Notes under the pieces: generated by a model | What the model saw: only the letters and a program-made list of their open reading frames with translations | The model's database searches: none | What the model was told of the DNA's origin: nothing | In this document: positions 54,584 to 63,437 of the stretch, piece after piece | Numbering within the stretch: position 1 is the stretch's first letter | Layout of the letters: each line of letters begins with the position of its first letter | Virus record (IMG/VR): IMGVR_UViG_3300031521_000001 | Source: a virus | Direction: 5' to 3' (one strand) | DNA: 64,000 nt | Made by a program: the position numbers and the translations under genes

Positions 54584-54661
54584 TGGTGGAATTATGGGAG
54601 TCGAACCCAAGTTTAATCAATTTAAAATTGACGCTTTAATGGCTATAAAATCCGTTATTCC
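54584..54661 (-). tRNA. tRNA-like gene, 78 nt with genome-encoded CCA: T-arm GGG-TTCGACT-CCC, acceptor 6/7 bp, candidate anticodon stem-loop GTCAA-TTTTAAA-TTGAT giving anticodon UUA; the D-arm is poorly formed and position 8 is C
   Basis: the reverse complement ends ...ttcgactcccataattccacca; cloverleaf only partially satisfied. Confidence 0.4.
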
Positions 54662-54709
54662 ATTTTTTTAAGTATTTTAAATATTTTTGGTATATTAATA
54701 TTTTAACTG

Positions 54710-54809
54710 TAGTTAAGGCGGGACTCGAACCCGCATGAGAAATTAATCTCTGAGATACCTCATTAATAGGATTTTAATCCTAAACGTCTAACCATTTCGT
54801 CACCTAACT
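54710..54809 (-). tRNA. tRNA-like gene, 100 nt: acceptor AGTTAGG/CTTAACT (one G-U pair), U8, D-loop AAATGGTTAGA, T-arm GCGGG-TTCGAGT-CCCGC. About 26 extra nt in the anticodon/variable region (stem-loops aggat-taaaa-atcct and atgag-N21-ctcat), probably an intron
   Basis: strong acceptor and T-arm pairing read from the reverse complement. Confidence 0.5.
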
Positions 54810-55115
54810 ATCTCCACCTGAGTCTACGATGAATGGATGTAACCGATGTTTTATTTACTTTGAAAAAACAACTTAATCATCTTACTGAATAAAAAAAGTC
54901 ACCTAAAAATGGGGAATTGGTTATTCCTAATCCATTTAGCACTAACTAAACCATAGTACAATCTGTATCATTTTTATACGTAAATGATAAATCGTTAAGT
55001 GTCTCTTGCTTAATTAATTGAAAATTAAATTAATAATATTCAATCATAAACTATATATAAATATTTTAAATTTGCAATTTGCAAATTGCAAATATAATTT
55101 ATAGTTCTTTGTTAA

Positions 55116-55322
55116 TCAATTATTTAAGCTCTCTTTTTCTATTAAAAATTCGACAATATCGTTTGTTAAATATGCTGTTGATTCTAGAGTATCTCCTGCA
55201 TCAGAATGCTTCTTTCCTATTAAGTATGCATTTTGTAGCATTTCATTATTTGGTACATTAAAATAATCCATTTCATTTTTGAATCCTAACATATAGAATT
55301 CTAATAATCTTTCATTTTTCAT
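55116..55322 (-). CDS. hypothetical small protein
   Basis: ORF; the overlapping plus ORF 55079..55261 is rejected. Confidence 0.55.
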   Translation of the reverse strand: MKNERLLEFYMLGFKNEMDYFNVPNNEMLQNAYLIGKKHSDAGDTLESTAYLTNDIVEFLIEKESLNN

Positions 55323-55534
55323 AATTTATTAATTTTATCAAGTTTTTCTTTTCTTAATTCTTTTTTATCATAATATAAAAATGTGTATATTAATTCGTTA
55401 TTATCATTAAATGATTGTTTAAATTCTTTAATTTCAATATCATTATTGTAATTTAACCATTTGGTTATATCAGATTCAAAATCTCTCAAATCATATGAAT
55501 CTCTCACATGGTTTTTAAATATTTTAATTTTCAT
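55319..55534 (-). CDS. small protein with RK-KL tail (ELRKEKLDKINKL)
   Basis: ORF plus tail motif. Confidence 0.6.
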   Translation of the reverse strand: MKIKIFKNHVRDSYDLRDFESDITKWLNYNNDIEIKEFKQSFNDNNELIYTFLYYDKKELRKEKLDKINKL

Positions 55535-55538
55535 ATGA

Positions 55539-56240
55539 TTAAATATTTAAAATATAACAAAAATCAGGTAGAGCATCAATATAAGTAATGGATGTATTAT
55601 CTTTTTTTGATTCATTATGAGCTATCTTATCTAAGTGAGTATGGCCACAAATTTGATGATAATTTTTTAATGATTTAGTCCATGTTTCAGTTTTATCAGC
55701 CCACAATGGACCGCCAACCTGGAAACGACCGTTTCTTATATATCCACAATCAACTAAACAACTCAATTCAAATTCTTGTGCTAAATTTAATTTTTCTGCT
55801 ATTGTACCTTCAAAATCTGATATTTTTTTAAATTCTCTCAAAAATTTATCATACCATCCACGGTGAATACCAGCATGAGTCCAAATATAATTTTCATATT
55901 GATATGACATTTGAAATAATTTTAAATTGATGTGGAATATATCATACAAATCGAAATGCATATCTGCTCTATAACCAGTACAATATCCTAATATTTTCAT
56001 TTGGGGTGGGCGTATTGCATATTGGTAATCGTGATTACCTAATAATAAAACAACTTTATCTGGATATTGTTTTTTAAATTCAATTATATCTAATAAATTA
56101 TTTAATATTGTAATATTACTTAGATTATATTCATCTACATAATCTCCAACAAATATAATTTTATCATATTCTGATATATCTTTAACGAATTTCTTCCATG
56201 AATCAAAACCATGAATATCACCTATACTTAAAATTTTCAT
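55539..56240 (-). CDS. calcineurin-like metallophosphoesterase (Ser/Thr phosphatase / ApaH-like)
   Basis: motifs GDIHG, GDYVDEY, GNHD. Confidence 0.85.
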   Translation of the reverse strand: MKILSIGDIHGFDSWKKFVKDISEYDKIIFVGDYVDEYNLSNITILNNLLDIIEFKKQYPDKVVLLLGNHDYQYAIRPPQMKILGYCTGYRADMHFDLYDIFHINLKLFQMSYQYENYIWTHAGIHRGWYDKFLREFKKISDFEGTIAEKLNLAQEFELSCLVDCGYIRNGRFQVGGPLWADKTETWTKSLKNYHQICGHTHLDKIAHNESKKDNTSITYIDALPDFCYILNI

Positions 56241-56412
56241 TTGATAATAAAATTTGAAATGTCCCTACTAATAATATTACATGCTACAACAATAGCATCT
56301 TCATCTATATCGAATTCACTTATTTCAATTGAGTCTAATACGTCATCGACATTTTTAGTATCTTCAACATCAATAATCAATTTAAAAACACAATCAATTT
56401 CTATCCTTTTCA

Positions 56413-56715
56413 TTATATTAATATGAAATTTTCATTTAAATATTCTTCTGAATGAGAACCTAATGATGTTTCAATTTCATTCACATCAAATATAATATAA
56501 TTATTCATTGCAACTGATTCACTTATCATACCATATTCTCCTCGATGAGATATTATTAAAACATTCTCATCTCCATAGATATCTTTTCCAGCTTTTAATG
56601 TATCTTCGTGTGTTTTATTGAATGATTCAACTGCATTATTGATTTCATCAATAATTGCAAAATCTCCTACCCATTGAAACACCAATATATCTTCTAATCT
56701 TCTATATCTTTTCAT
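56413..56715 (-). CDS. hypothetical protein
   Basis: ORF. Confidence 0.6.
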   Translation of the reverse strand: MKRYRRLEDILVFQWVGDFAIIDEINNAVESFNKTHEDTLKAGKDIYGDENVLIISHRGEYGMISESVAMNNYIIFDVNEIETSLGSHSEEYLNENFILI

Positions 56716-56954
56716 GTTATTGTAATTTCTTTTATTGTTACTTTGATTTTATCATTGATAACATTCATTCTTTCAGATAATGAAATATCGTGTTCCATAG
56801 AATGTTCTAAATGATCTATATTCCTATAACCATTACAATCTAAATCAACTTCAAGTCCAAATTCTTTAAGAGCTTTTACAATTGCTAATGTAACTGTAGA
56901 TTTGCCTATAGCTGTTGCTCCTTCAACTTTAATAGTAATATTATTTTTGTTCAT
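56712..56954 (-). CDS. small P-loop-containing protein (GATAIGKST)
   Basis: Walker A-like motif in an 80-aa ORF. Confidence 0.5.
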   Translation of the reverse strand: MNKNNITIKVEGATAIGKSTVTLAIVKALKEFGLEVDLDCNGYRNIDHLEHSMEHDISLSERMNVINDKIKVTIKEITIT

Positions 56955-57150
56955 TATTTTTGTTTTTATTTTGTGTTGTTTTTTTTTCTAAATATAAAAA
57001 ATATTTTAAATATGCTAAAAAAAAGACTGATATGATTACAATTTGTAATTTAATATCAAAAGGATAAGACATTAGATATCCTAAAACTCCAAATGATATA
57101 ATAAGTATAAATAATTTAAAATATGTTGTTTTTTTCATTTTAATTTTCAT
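56941..57150 (-). CDS. small two-TM membrane protein
   Basis: hydrophobic ORF. Confidence 0.5.
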   Translation of the reverse strand: MKIKMKKTTYFKLFILIISFGVLGYLMSYPFDIKLQIVIISVFFLAYLKYFLYLEKKTTQNKNKNNEQK

Positions 57151-57629
57151 TTTTCATAATACAAATTTTTAAAATCTATTCTAAATTTATATTCAGATGC
57201 ATTTTTATCAACTGTAATATATTTAAGTTTAAAATTATTAACTATTGGACTTAATAATTCAGAACCAATTAAAAAATATTCAGTATCTTCACTGATAGTA
57301 TCTTTATCAAGAGTACTATCATTATAAGTTTGAACGAATAAAACATAGTTATTTTTAACTCCTATAACTTTTTTATTTATTTTAATCTCTTGTTTAAATG
57401 GATCATTTTTATAAATATTATAACTCCATGTTTGACCAACTTCAATTTTTTGTTTAATAGTAGGTGTCATTAAAGTTACATAATCTTCTTTTTCTGATTC
57501 TTGACTAATCATAGTTCCAAATTGAAAAGACATAAATGAAACGAACGCTATACCTACAACAATTAGAGCGTGTTTAAAAGATGATAATCTCCTAGATTGC
57601 TTGTAATCATAATAATCATTTTCTTCCAT
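57147..57629 (-). CDS. membrane-anchored protein (N-terminal TM)
   Basis: HALIVVGIAFVSFMSFQFG. Confidence 0.65.
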   Translation of the reverse strand: MEENDYYDYKQSRRLSSFKHALIVVGIAFVSFMSFQFGTMISQESEKEDYVTLMTPTIKQKIEVGQTWSYNIYKNDPFKQEIKINKKVIGVKNNYVLFVQTYNDSTLDKDTISEDTEYFLIGSELLSPIVNNFKLKYITVDKNASEYKFRIDFKNLYYEK

Positions 57630-57730
57630 AATAAAATTTAAATTATTTTTTGTTTAATATAACATTTCACAAAGATACAATAAAATATTGATATATTGTT
57701 TATATAGTAATATTTTTTTTATGTTTAACT

Positions 57731-58021
57731 TTAAAATCTAATATTTGATAAGCCATATTTTTTTAATATGGTATAAAAACTTGTCCAGGTTACAAAATAT
57801 TGATTCTTATTGTGATGAGATTCGTAAATGATGCAAATTTCAGTGTCTCCTTCTAATATTGGCTTAGAAATACTGATACATGGTTTAGAACTACTATAAG
57901 GAATTACAAAAATTTCAGTTGGTGATTTTTCAATAAATAATTTTTTTATTTCATGAAATGTCAATTCAATTTCAATTTGTTTTGTTATTGTTTCAATTCT
58001 TATTAATCTATTATCTGTCAT
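57731..58021 (-). CDS. hypothetical protein
   Basis: ORF. Confidence 0.6.
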   Translation of the reverse strand: MTDNRLIRIETITKQIEIELTFHEIKKLFIEKSPTEIFVIPYSSSKPCISISKPILEGDTEICIIYESHHNKNQYFVTWTSFYTILKKYGLSNIRF

Positions 58022-58035
58022 TTTTTATATAATTT

Positions 58036-58323
58036 TTAAGGAAGTGATAAACTAAATGGCGAATATACATAAACATTAGCATCTATTGATATTATTCCAC
58101 CGTGTTTAGTTTTAAAATAGTCAAATATAGCCATCTCAGCTTCAAAGAATGAATCATAATGATAATTAAAATTTATCAACATATGTACACTCACATCACT
58201 TGCTATCACCCAACCAATAAAATTCTTCTTATATACTACAAAATATGTTTTATTATGTTGATATGTATGAACTTGTTTAATTATTTTAAATTTATCCATA
58301 TGTTTAATATTTAGGAAATGCAT
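58036..58323 (-). CDS. hypothetical protein
   Basis: ORF. Confidence 0.6.
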   Translation of the reverse strand: MHFLNIKHMDKFKIIKQVHTYQHNKTYFVVYKKNFIGWVIASDVSVHMLINFNYHYDSFFEAEMAIFDYFKTKHGGIISIDANVYVYSPFSLSLP

Positions 58324-58537
58324 GATTTTTATCTAACCAATAAATTGAGCCACACCACAATTTAGTCCAAAAATAGTCATGATTAAATATTGATAAAAAC
58401 ATAAAAATGATTGCGAATGGAAATAATACTAAACCGATAATACAATAATTAATTGTAATAAATATCATTTTTAATATACTTAAAATTATCAGCAATAAAA
58501 TTTTAATTATCAGCAATAAAATTTTAATTATTTTCAT
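58304..58537 (-). CDS. small membrane protein with an internally duplicated N-terminus (KILLLII x2) caused by a 21-bp tandem DNA duplication
   Basis: ttatcagcaataaaattttaa repeated at about 58477-58518. Confidence 0.5.
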   Translation of the reverse strand: MKIIKILLLIIKILLLIILSILKMIFITINYCIIGLVLFPFAIIFMFLSIFNHDYFWTKLWCGSIYWLDKNHAFPKY

Positions 58538-58539
58538 GT

Positions 58540-58809
58540 TTATTTGTTATTTTCATTAATTTCATCTAATTTTTCTTTTCTTAAATTCATTGGATCAATA
58601 GTAAGCAATTTATCTAATTCTGATAGAACTTTATTTACTTCTTCAGATGAATCAAAATCAATAATCAATTCACAGATACCATCTTTAGATTTCCTTTCAA
58701 CTATAATATTCCAAAAATTTAATCTATCGCAAGGATAATATGCAAATATGCTATTTAAATTTAATCTATAAATACCAATTTTAATACACTTTTTTATTTT
58801 ACATTTCAT
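58540..58809 (-). CDS. small protein with RK-KL tail (NLRKEKLDEINENNK)
   Basis: ORF plus tail motif. Confidence 0.6.
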   Translation of the reverse strand: MKCKIKKCIKIGIYRLNLNSIFAYYPCDRLNFWNIIVERKSKDGICELIIDFDSSEEVNKVLSELDKLLTIDPMNLRKEKLDEINENNK

Positions 58810-59059
58810 CTTTATTTAACTCAATAAGTTTCTCTTTTCTTTTGTAGTTATTAATATTTAAAACAAACAAAGAATCTAATTCATCTATTGTTATTTTCAA
58901 ATCTAATTCGTTTTCAAAAGATATATCAAATTCGTCTATATTATCCAGTAACAGACGTTCAATAACAAGATTTTTATTATTATAAGTATAGTAGCCAAAT
59001 ATACTATCAATTTTTATTCTTCTACCTCCAATTATTATTTTATCTTTATCTATTACCAT
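58799..59059 (-). CDS. small protein with RK-KL tail (YKRKEKLIELNKDEM)
   Basis: ORF plus tail motif. Confidence 0.6.
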   Translation of the reverse strand: MVIDKDKIIIGGRRIKIDSIFGYYTYNNKNLVIERLLLDNIDEFDISFENELDLKITIDELDSLFVLNINNYKRKEKLIELNKDEM

Positions 59060-59391
59060 AAATCTTCTGATGTTAATTCACTACCTAATAACTTATTTTT
59101 TAATTGCCCATTTGATTTAACTAATTCTAATGCTTCTTCTCTTGTTAGAAATCTATTTTTTGTAGTTAGAAATCCCTGTACTGTTAACTCACCATATTTT
59201 TCAAATGGATAAATTCTATTTGTTTGTTCAAATATAGAAGGATGACGATTACCGCTATATACAATTCCTTTATTTATATTATATGGTTTATATAAATAAT
59301 CAATTCCGTCATCAATCCAATTTGCTGCACACACAACATATTCTATCTCACCATTATTAAGGTGGACTTCTAATCTTTCTTTGTCTATCAT
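59053..59391 (-). CDS. hypothetical protein
   Basis: ORF. Confidence 0.6.
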   Translation of the reverse strand: MIDKERLEVHLNNGEIEYVVCAANWIDDGIDYLYKPYNINKGIVYSGNRHPSIFEQTNRIYPFEKYGELTVQGFLTTKNRFLTREEALELVKSNGQLKNKLLGSELTSEDLW

Positions 59392-59801
59392 TTACAATTC
59401 ATGGTTTTGTTCCAACTTTTTATTACAACATCTCTCAATGTATCAAGAGTAAAATCATCATATACTAATTCCTCAGAATTTTGTCTCATTTCTAATCCAC
59501 AAGTGTTACATTTAACATAAGCATAACCACAATTATTTAATCCTGTATGACTACAATTAACTTCAGCATTACCTCCACAAACACATTTACTAACACCACT
59601 TTCAGAAAATGATGGATTCCACCTATCTATTAATTTCTTATAAAAGAATAATAATTCATAATCACCAATATTAACAAAGTCTAAATCACTAGCATCTTTA
59701 CAAATATTTCCATATGAAAAATCTTTAAATTCATCACCTGTAAAATTATTAGTTTCTTCTCTAATATTTTCTATCTCTCTTAGTATAAAAGTTCTATTCA
59801 T
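59388..59801 (-). CDS. zinc-ribbon protein, possibly Lar-like restriction-alleviation family
   Basis: KCVCGGNAEV...YAYVKCNTCGLEM resembles the Lar CPFCGG...V.C..CG pattern. Confidence 0.35.
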   Translation of the reverse strand: MNRTFILREIENIREETNNFTGDEFKDFSYGNICKDASDLDFVNIGDYELLFFYKKLIDRWNPSFSESGVSKCVCGGNAEVNCSHTGLNNCGYAYVKCNTCGLEMRQNSEELVYDDFTLDTLRDVVIKSWNKTMNCK

Positions 59802-59813
59802 CTATTTTTATTT

Positions 59814-60113
59814 TTAATTATAATTTGGATAGATTATTGATTCAAATTTATCAGTTAATCTTTCTTTAATATTATCAATAGCTTCTTCTAGCGTAATAAC
59901 ATTAATACCAATACTTGAAATATGAGTTTTAAAATGTTCATCATATTGTTCATCAGACATTTTTTTAAAAAAATTGCATGATTTGCGATTTTTAATATAA
60001 TATTCTTCAATCTTTATATCATAAAGTTTAGTTGCTTCATCTTTATCTGAAAAAACTTCAATTATTTCAGATACGCATAAATCATATACTACCCAAGTGT
60101 CAATTAATTTCAT
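59814..60113 (-). CDS. hypothetical protein
   Basis: ORF. Confidence 0.6.
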   Translation of the reverse strand: MKLIDTWVVYDLCVSEIIEVFSDKDEATKLYDIKIEEYYIKNRKSCNFFKKMSDEQYDEHFKTHISSIGINVITLEEAIDNIKERLTDKFESIIYPNYN

Positions 60114-60120
60114 AACATTT

Positions 60121-61227
60121 TTATTTTAGCCAATAATTAGTTTTATTTGTTCCTTTTACATTCATCATTTGTAAGAATTCTTTTGGAAATTCTGTACCCC
60201 ATGCAAATCCAACATCACAATGAGTATCTTCAGAAAAATCTGTTATTATATTTGATGTAGAAAAAATTAGAGGATCTTCCCTTCTTGCTAATGCTTGCTG
60301 AACTTCAAGCTTCAATGTTTTAATTTGTTCTGCTTGCTGTATAGCCATTTGCTGTTGACGAATTTGTTCTTTTGATATTTTTTCAAGTTCAGATTGTATT
60401 CTACCAATATTTTGTTCGATTCCTTTTACTTGTTCTTTGAGTATCTTTGTTGAATTTTCAAGTGCATCTACTCTATTACCAAGATTTACCATTGTTTCAT
60501 ACATACTTCTAAATAATGGTAAATTCATACCAACATTCATACTAACCATTGATAATGAATTTGGAAAATATACATCGTAATATTTTTGACTCTTTACGTG
60601 TTTTTCAAAATCATAAAAACCAATAGGACATAATATATAAAAGTTTCTTTCTGAGTTAGCATTTTTGTAGTTATTAATAGCAGACTCAATATCTTTTGAT
60701 GCCCTTTTTGGGTCACAAGTCAGAATGGAATTTTTTGCTAATTCTAATGGAATAATCATAAATCCAAAAGTCTCTGCAATTTGAACAATAGAACTAAGAT
60801 TCGAATTTAATCTTGAGTTAAGGTACTGATTGTAATTTTTGTCTATTTGAATTTCAACTTGATCATATCTGTCGCCTGAAGAAGTTCTTTCTTTTTTTAT
60901 CAAGTTGTATTTTATTAAGTTTTCAGGAATCTTAACATTATATGATTTCAAACTGCCTAATATATTATTATATTCAGTAACTTTTTCGTTGATTGAATAT
61001 CCTAACTGTTTAAAAATTTCCCTTTTAGTAGAAAAATTAGTTTTGGTTTCATCATAATAGGAATTAGATCTAATAATATTGGCTTTTTCTAACACTTTTA
61101 ATGTTAACATAAATTCTTTTAAATCAGAGTCTATTAATTTTAGCTTATCAATTAATAATTGACTCTTTTCAGTGCTTTTTGCTGCACCTGATACATTTTT
61201 TGTTGGAGTGACATTTAATAAATTCAT
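60121..61227 (-). CDS. coiled-coil protein (368 aa)
   Basis: long heptad-like stretches (LKEQVKGIEQNIGRIQSELEKISKEQIRQQQMAIQQAEQIKTLKLEVQQALARRE). Confidence 0.75.
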   Translation of the reverse strand: MNLLNVTPTKNVSGAAKSTEKSQLLIDKLKLIDSDLKEFMLTLKVLEKANIIRSNSYYDETKTNFSTKREIFKQLGYSINEKVTEYNNILGSLKSYNVKIPENLIKYNLIKKERTSSGDRYDQVEIQIDKNYNQYLNSRLNSNLSSIVQIAETFGFMIIPLELAKNSILTCDPKRASKDIESAINNYKNANSERNFYILCPIGFYDFEKHVKSQKYYDVYFPNSLSMVSMNVGMNLPLFRSMYETMVNLGNRVDALENSTKILKEQVKGIEQNIGRIQSELEKISKEQIRQQQMAIQQAEQIKTLKLEVQQALARREDPLIFSTSNIITDFSEDTHCDVGFAWGTEFPKEFLQMMNVKGTNKTNYWLK

Positions 61228-61317
61228 AATAATAATTTTTAATTACACAAAAATTGAAATAATTTTTAATTTCAAACACAAAGATAATAAAAAAAATCAA
61301 TTACACAAATTAATTGT

Positions 61318-61758
61318 TCATATATTATTCAATTTATTTAGTTTTTTCTTTCTTAAATATAAATTATAATTACCATTATGATTTAACATATTAATATAAT
61401 CTTTTAATGTCAATTCAGATAACTCAGAAATATATTTATTTAGTTTTACTTTATAATCTCTAAGACTAACTAAAAAATCTTTATCAAAAAAATAAAACAT
61501 CAATAATATTAAATCAAAAAAATCAGAAATTTCTTCATTTTTTATTCGTAGTAAGTCATCTTTTAATTTTAATGACAAATCATATAAAGAAATAAATTTA
61601 TAATCATTTTTTTGATATTCAATTATAGTATTTAATAATTGATAAAAAATACGGGAATATCTTTCATCAATAGCCTGAATATCTACTAAAAAAAGAAATC
61701 TATTACGATATAACATATCATTATATTTCTTAGTATCAAGTTTTTTGATTTCAATCAT
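61318..61758 (-). CDS. hypothetical protein with RK-KL tail (LYLRKKKLNKLNNI)
   Basis: ORF plus tail motif. Confidence 0.65.
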   Translation of the reverse strand: MIEIKKLDTKKYNDMLYRNRFLFLVDIQAIDERYSRIFYQLLNTIIEYQKNDYKFISLYDLSLKLKDDLLRIKNEEISDFFDLILLMFYFFDKDFLVSLRDYKVKLNKYISELSELTLKDYINMLNHNGNYNLYLRKKKLNKLNNI

Positions 61759-61966
61759 TAATTTTTTTTGATAATTGTATTAACTTCTCTTTTCTAATTT
61801 CTATCTTCGCTTTTGAATAATATTCTAAATAGTTATCGTGTTCTAACAGGAAATCAAAAAATGTATGATTTACACCACGATAAGGTGTATCTTCATCTTG
61901 ACCACAATATAAATCATATGCTTTATGATCTAATTCAGTAATAATATAATCATTATAATTAATCAT
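61751..61966 (-). CDS. small protein with RK-KL tail (IRKEKLIQLSKKIND)
   Basis: ORF plus tail motif. Confidence 0.6.
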   Translation of the reverse strand: MINYNDYIITELDHKAYDLYCGQDEDTPYRGVNHTFFDFLLEHDNYLEYYSKAKIEIRKEKLIQLSKKIND

Positions 61967-62276
61967 TTGATTCTGTTATTTTATTTAACTTATCTATTCT
62001 TAATTTAGTTTTTAAATTAAATGCAACAGCATGAGCATACTTTGAGTGACAATCATCTATTGATTTCATAATATAAATATATTCATCATAATCTTCTTCA
62101 TTGGTTATTTCAAATTCTTCATTTAGTTTAATTTTTTCAAAATAACGTAATTCTGATTCAAAATAATTTATTTCTGATAGTATATTTTTTTCATTTATCA
62201 TAATTTTATATTTTACCTTGAACAAAAAACTCAAGTATAAATACAAGTTTAGACTCAAATTCTTTATCTTCTTCAA
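61959..62276 (-). CDS. small protein with tail variant (KLRIDKLNKITESND)
   Basis: ORF plus tail motif. Confidence 0.6.
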   Translation of the reverse strand: MKKIKNLSLNLYLYLSFLFKVKYKIMINEKNILSEINYFESELRYFEKIKLNEEFEITNEEDYDEYIYIMKSIDDCHSKYAHAVAFNLKTKLRIDKLNKITESND

Positions 62277-62454
62277 TCTCTTTCAACATTTTATAATAAT
62301 ATGATGTGTCTAATGTATTATCATCAGGCTCACCACTTCTTAAAAACATCTGATAATGTTCATTAACATAGTTGTCAATATTTCCATATTTATTTATCTC
62401 AACTATAGATTCTTTTATCTTATTGATAATTTCTTTTGATTCGCTATATCTCAT
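62206..62454 (-). CDS. hypothetical small protein
   Basis: ORF overlapping the previous by 71 nt; the start may be internal. Confidence 0.5.
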   Translation of the reverse strand: MRYSESKEIINKIKESIVEINKYGNIDNYVNEHYQMFLRSGEPDDNTLDTSYYYKMLKEIEEDKEFESKLVFILEFFVQGKI

Positions 62455-62492
62455 TTTTGTAACTTTTTTATTTTTTTATCATATAATATAAC

Positions 62493-62981
62493 ATGGAAAT
62501 ATTAGATATTAAATTTAGAATGGAAGGCTTAGAAAAAAAACTATCGAATTTATATCCATATGAATTCGAGATTGATGGCGTATCTGTGGCTTCATATGAA
62601 GGCTTTATACAGTCATTAAGAACTCCAGACATACAAATTAAAGAGAGTATATGGAAACTATCAGGGTTTGAAGCATGGTCAGCTGGTCAATGTTTAGATT
62701 GGATAGATACTCAAGAATTATATTGGATATCTACACCAATCAATAGACAATCTGAAGAATATGATGAACTAATAAAACGATCATATGATTGTTTATTTGA
62801 ACAAAATGAATCTTTCAGAAACAGTTTAAAAGAATCAATACCTTATAAATTAGATCACACTATTGGTAAATCTGGCAAAACTAACACATTAATGACAAAA
62901 AGTGAATTCTTAATCCAATTAAATAGATTAAGATCCAAATTGACAGAAAAGAAGTTTTTTAATTTACTTGACTTGTTCTGA
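62493..62981 (+). CDS. NADAR-domain protein (YbiA/DUF1768 family; NAD and ADP-ribose processing)
   Basis: YPYEFEIDGVSVASYEGFIQSLRT matches the NADAR core F..FEIDG..Y.S.EH.FQA.K. Confidence 0.6.
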   Translation: MEILDIKFRMEGLEKKLSNLYPYEFEIDGVSVASYEGFIQSLRTPDIQIKESIWKLSGFEAWSAGQCLDWIDTQELYWISTPINRQSEEYDELIKRSYDCLFEQNESFRNSLKESIPYKLDHTIGKSGKTNTLMTKSEFLIQLNRLRSKLTEKKFFNLLDLF

Positions 62982-63308
62982 TTTATAATAATTTCTAAAT
63001 CTCATCAATGTTTCACAAACCCAAGATTCAACTTCTTTTGCTTTCCATCCATGTTTAAGCTGAAGTATTGCTAATTTAAGTACTCCTCTTTCATATCTGG
63101 TTGATGCACCTCCTTTGTACATATAGATAAGACTTGCTACTTTCTCTGCTTCTGATACGTTTGTGCCATCACGTACAATAACTTTTCTACAGTTAACTGA
63201 CTTATTTGTATCTGCTTCGGCTTTAACATTACTTGAATGTCTATCTCTTAAAATTTCACAAGAAATAACCTTTAAATTCTTATCATAATAAACTGCTGTG
63301 TAATCCAT
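62964..63308 (-). CDS. hypothetical protein
   Basis: ORF convergent with and overlapping the NADAR gene end by 18 nt. Confidence 0.6.
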   Translation of the reverse strand: MDYTAVYYDKNLKVISCEILRDRHSSNVKAEADTNKSVNCRKVIVRDGTNVSEAEKVASLIYMYKGGASTRYERGVLKLAILQLKHGWKAKEVESWVCETLMRFRNYYKSEQVK

Positions 63309-63437
63309 GTTTTTTTGTTTAATTATTTAAATTTTGGTGGCTTTGGTATATTATATCCACCTTTATCTAGAAATGTGCTAATTGCCATATATATGAATAA
63401 TATGGTAAATGGAACACAAATACATAATACTAATATA

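Noticed and set aside
54584-54661. Confident call of an ochre-suppressor tRNA
   Set aside because: The UUA anticodon depends on one of several possible foldings of the anticodon stem (with a G-U closing pair). The D-arm is poor, position 8 is C, and the acceptor stem has a mismatch. Kept only as a low-confidence candidate.
54447-54671. Plus ORF 54447..54671
   Set aside because: Spans two tRNA-like genes on the opposite strand, including the GGTTCGA T-arm sequences. The translation is hydrophobic with no start context.
55079-56426. Plus ORFs 55079..55261 and 56241..56426
   Set aside because: 55079..55261 is antisense to 55116..55322. 56241..56426 falls in the spacer just upstream of the phosphatase gene and translates to S/I/L low complexity.
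58544-61369. Plus ORFs 58544..58738 and 61172..61369
   Set aside because: Antisense to tail-motif minus-strand genes (58540..58809) and to the start of the coiled-coil gene/intergenic AT-rich spacer. Low-complexity translations.
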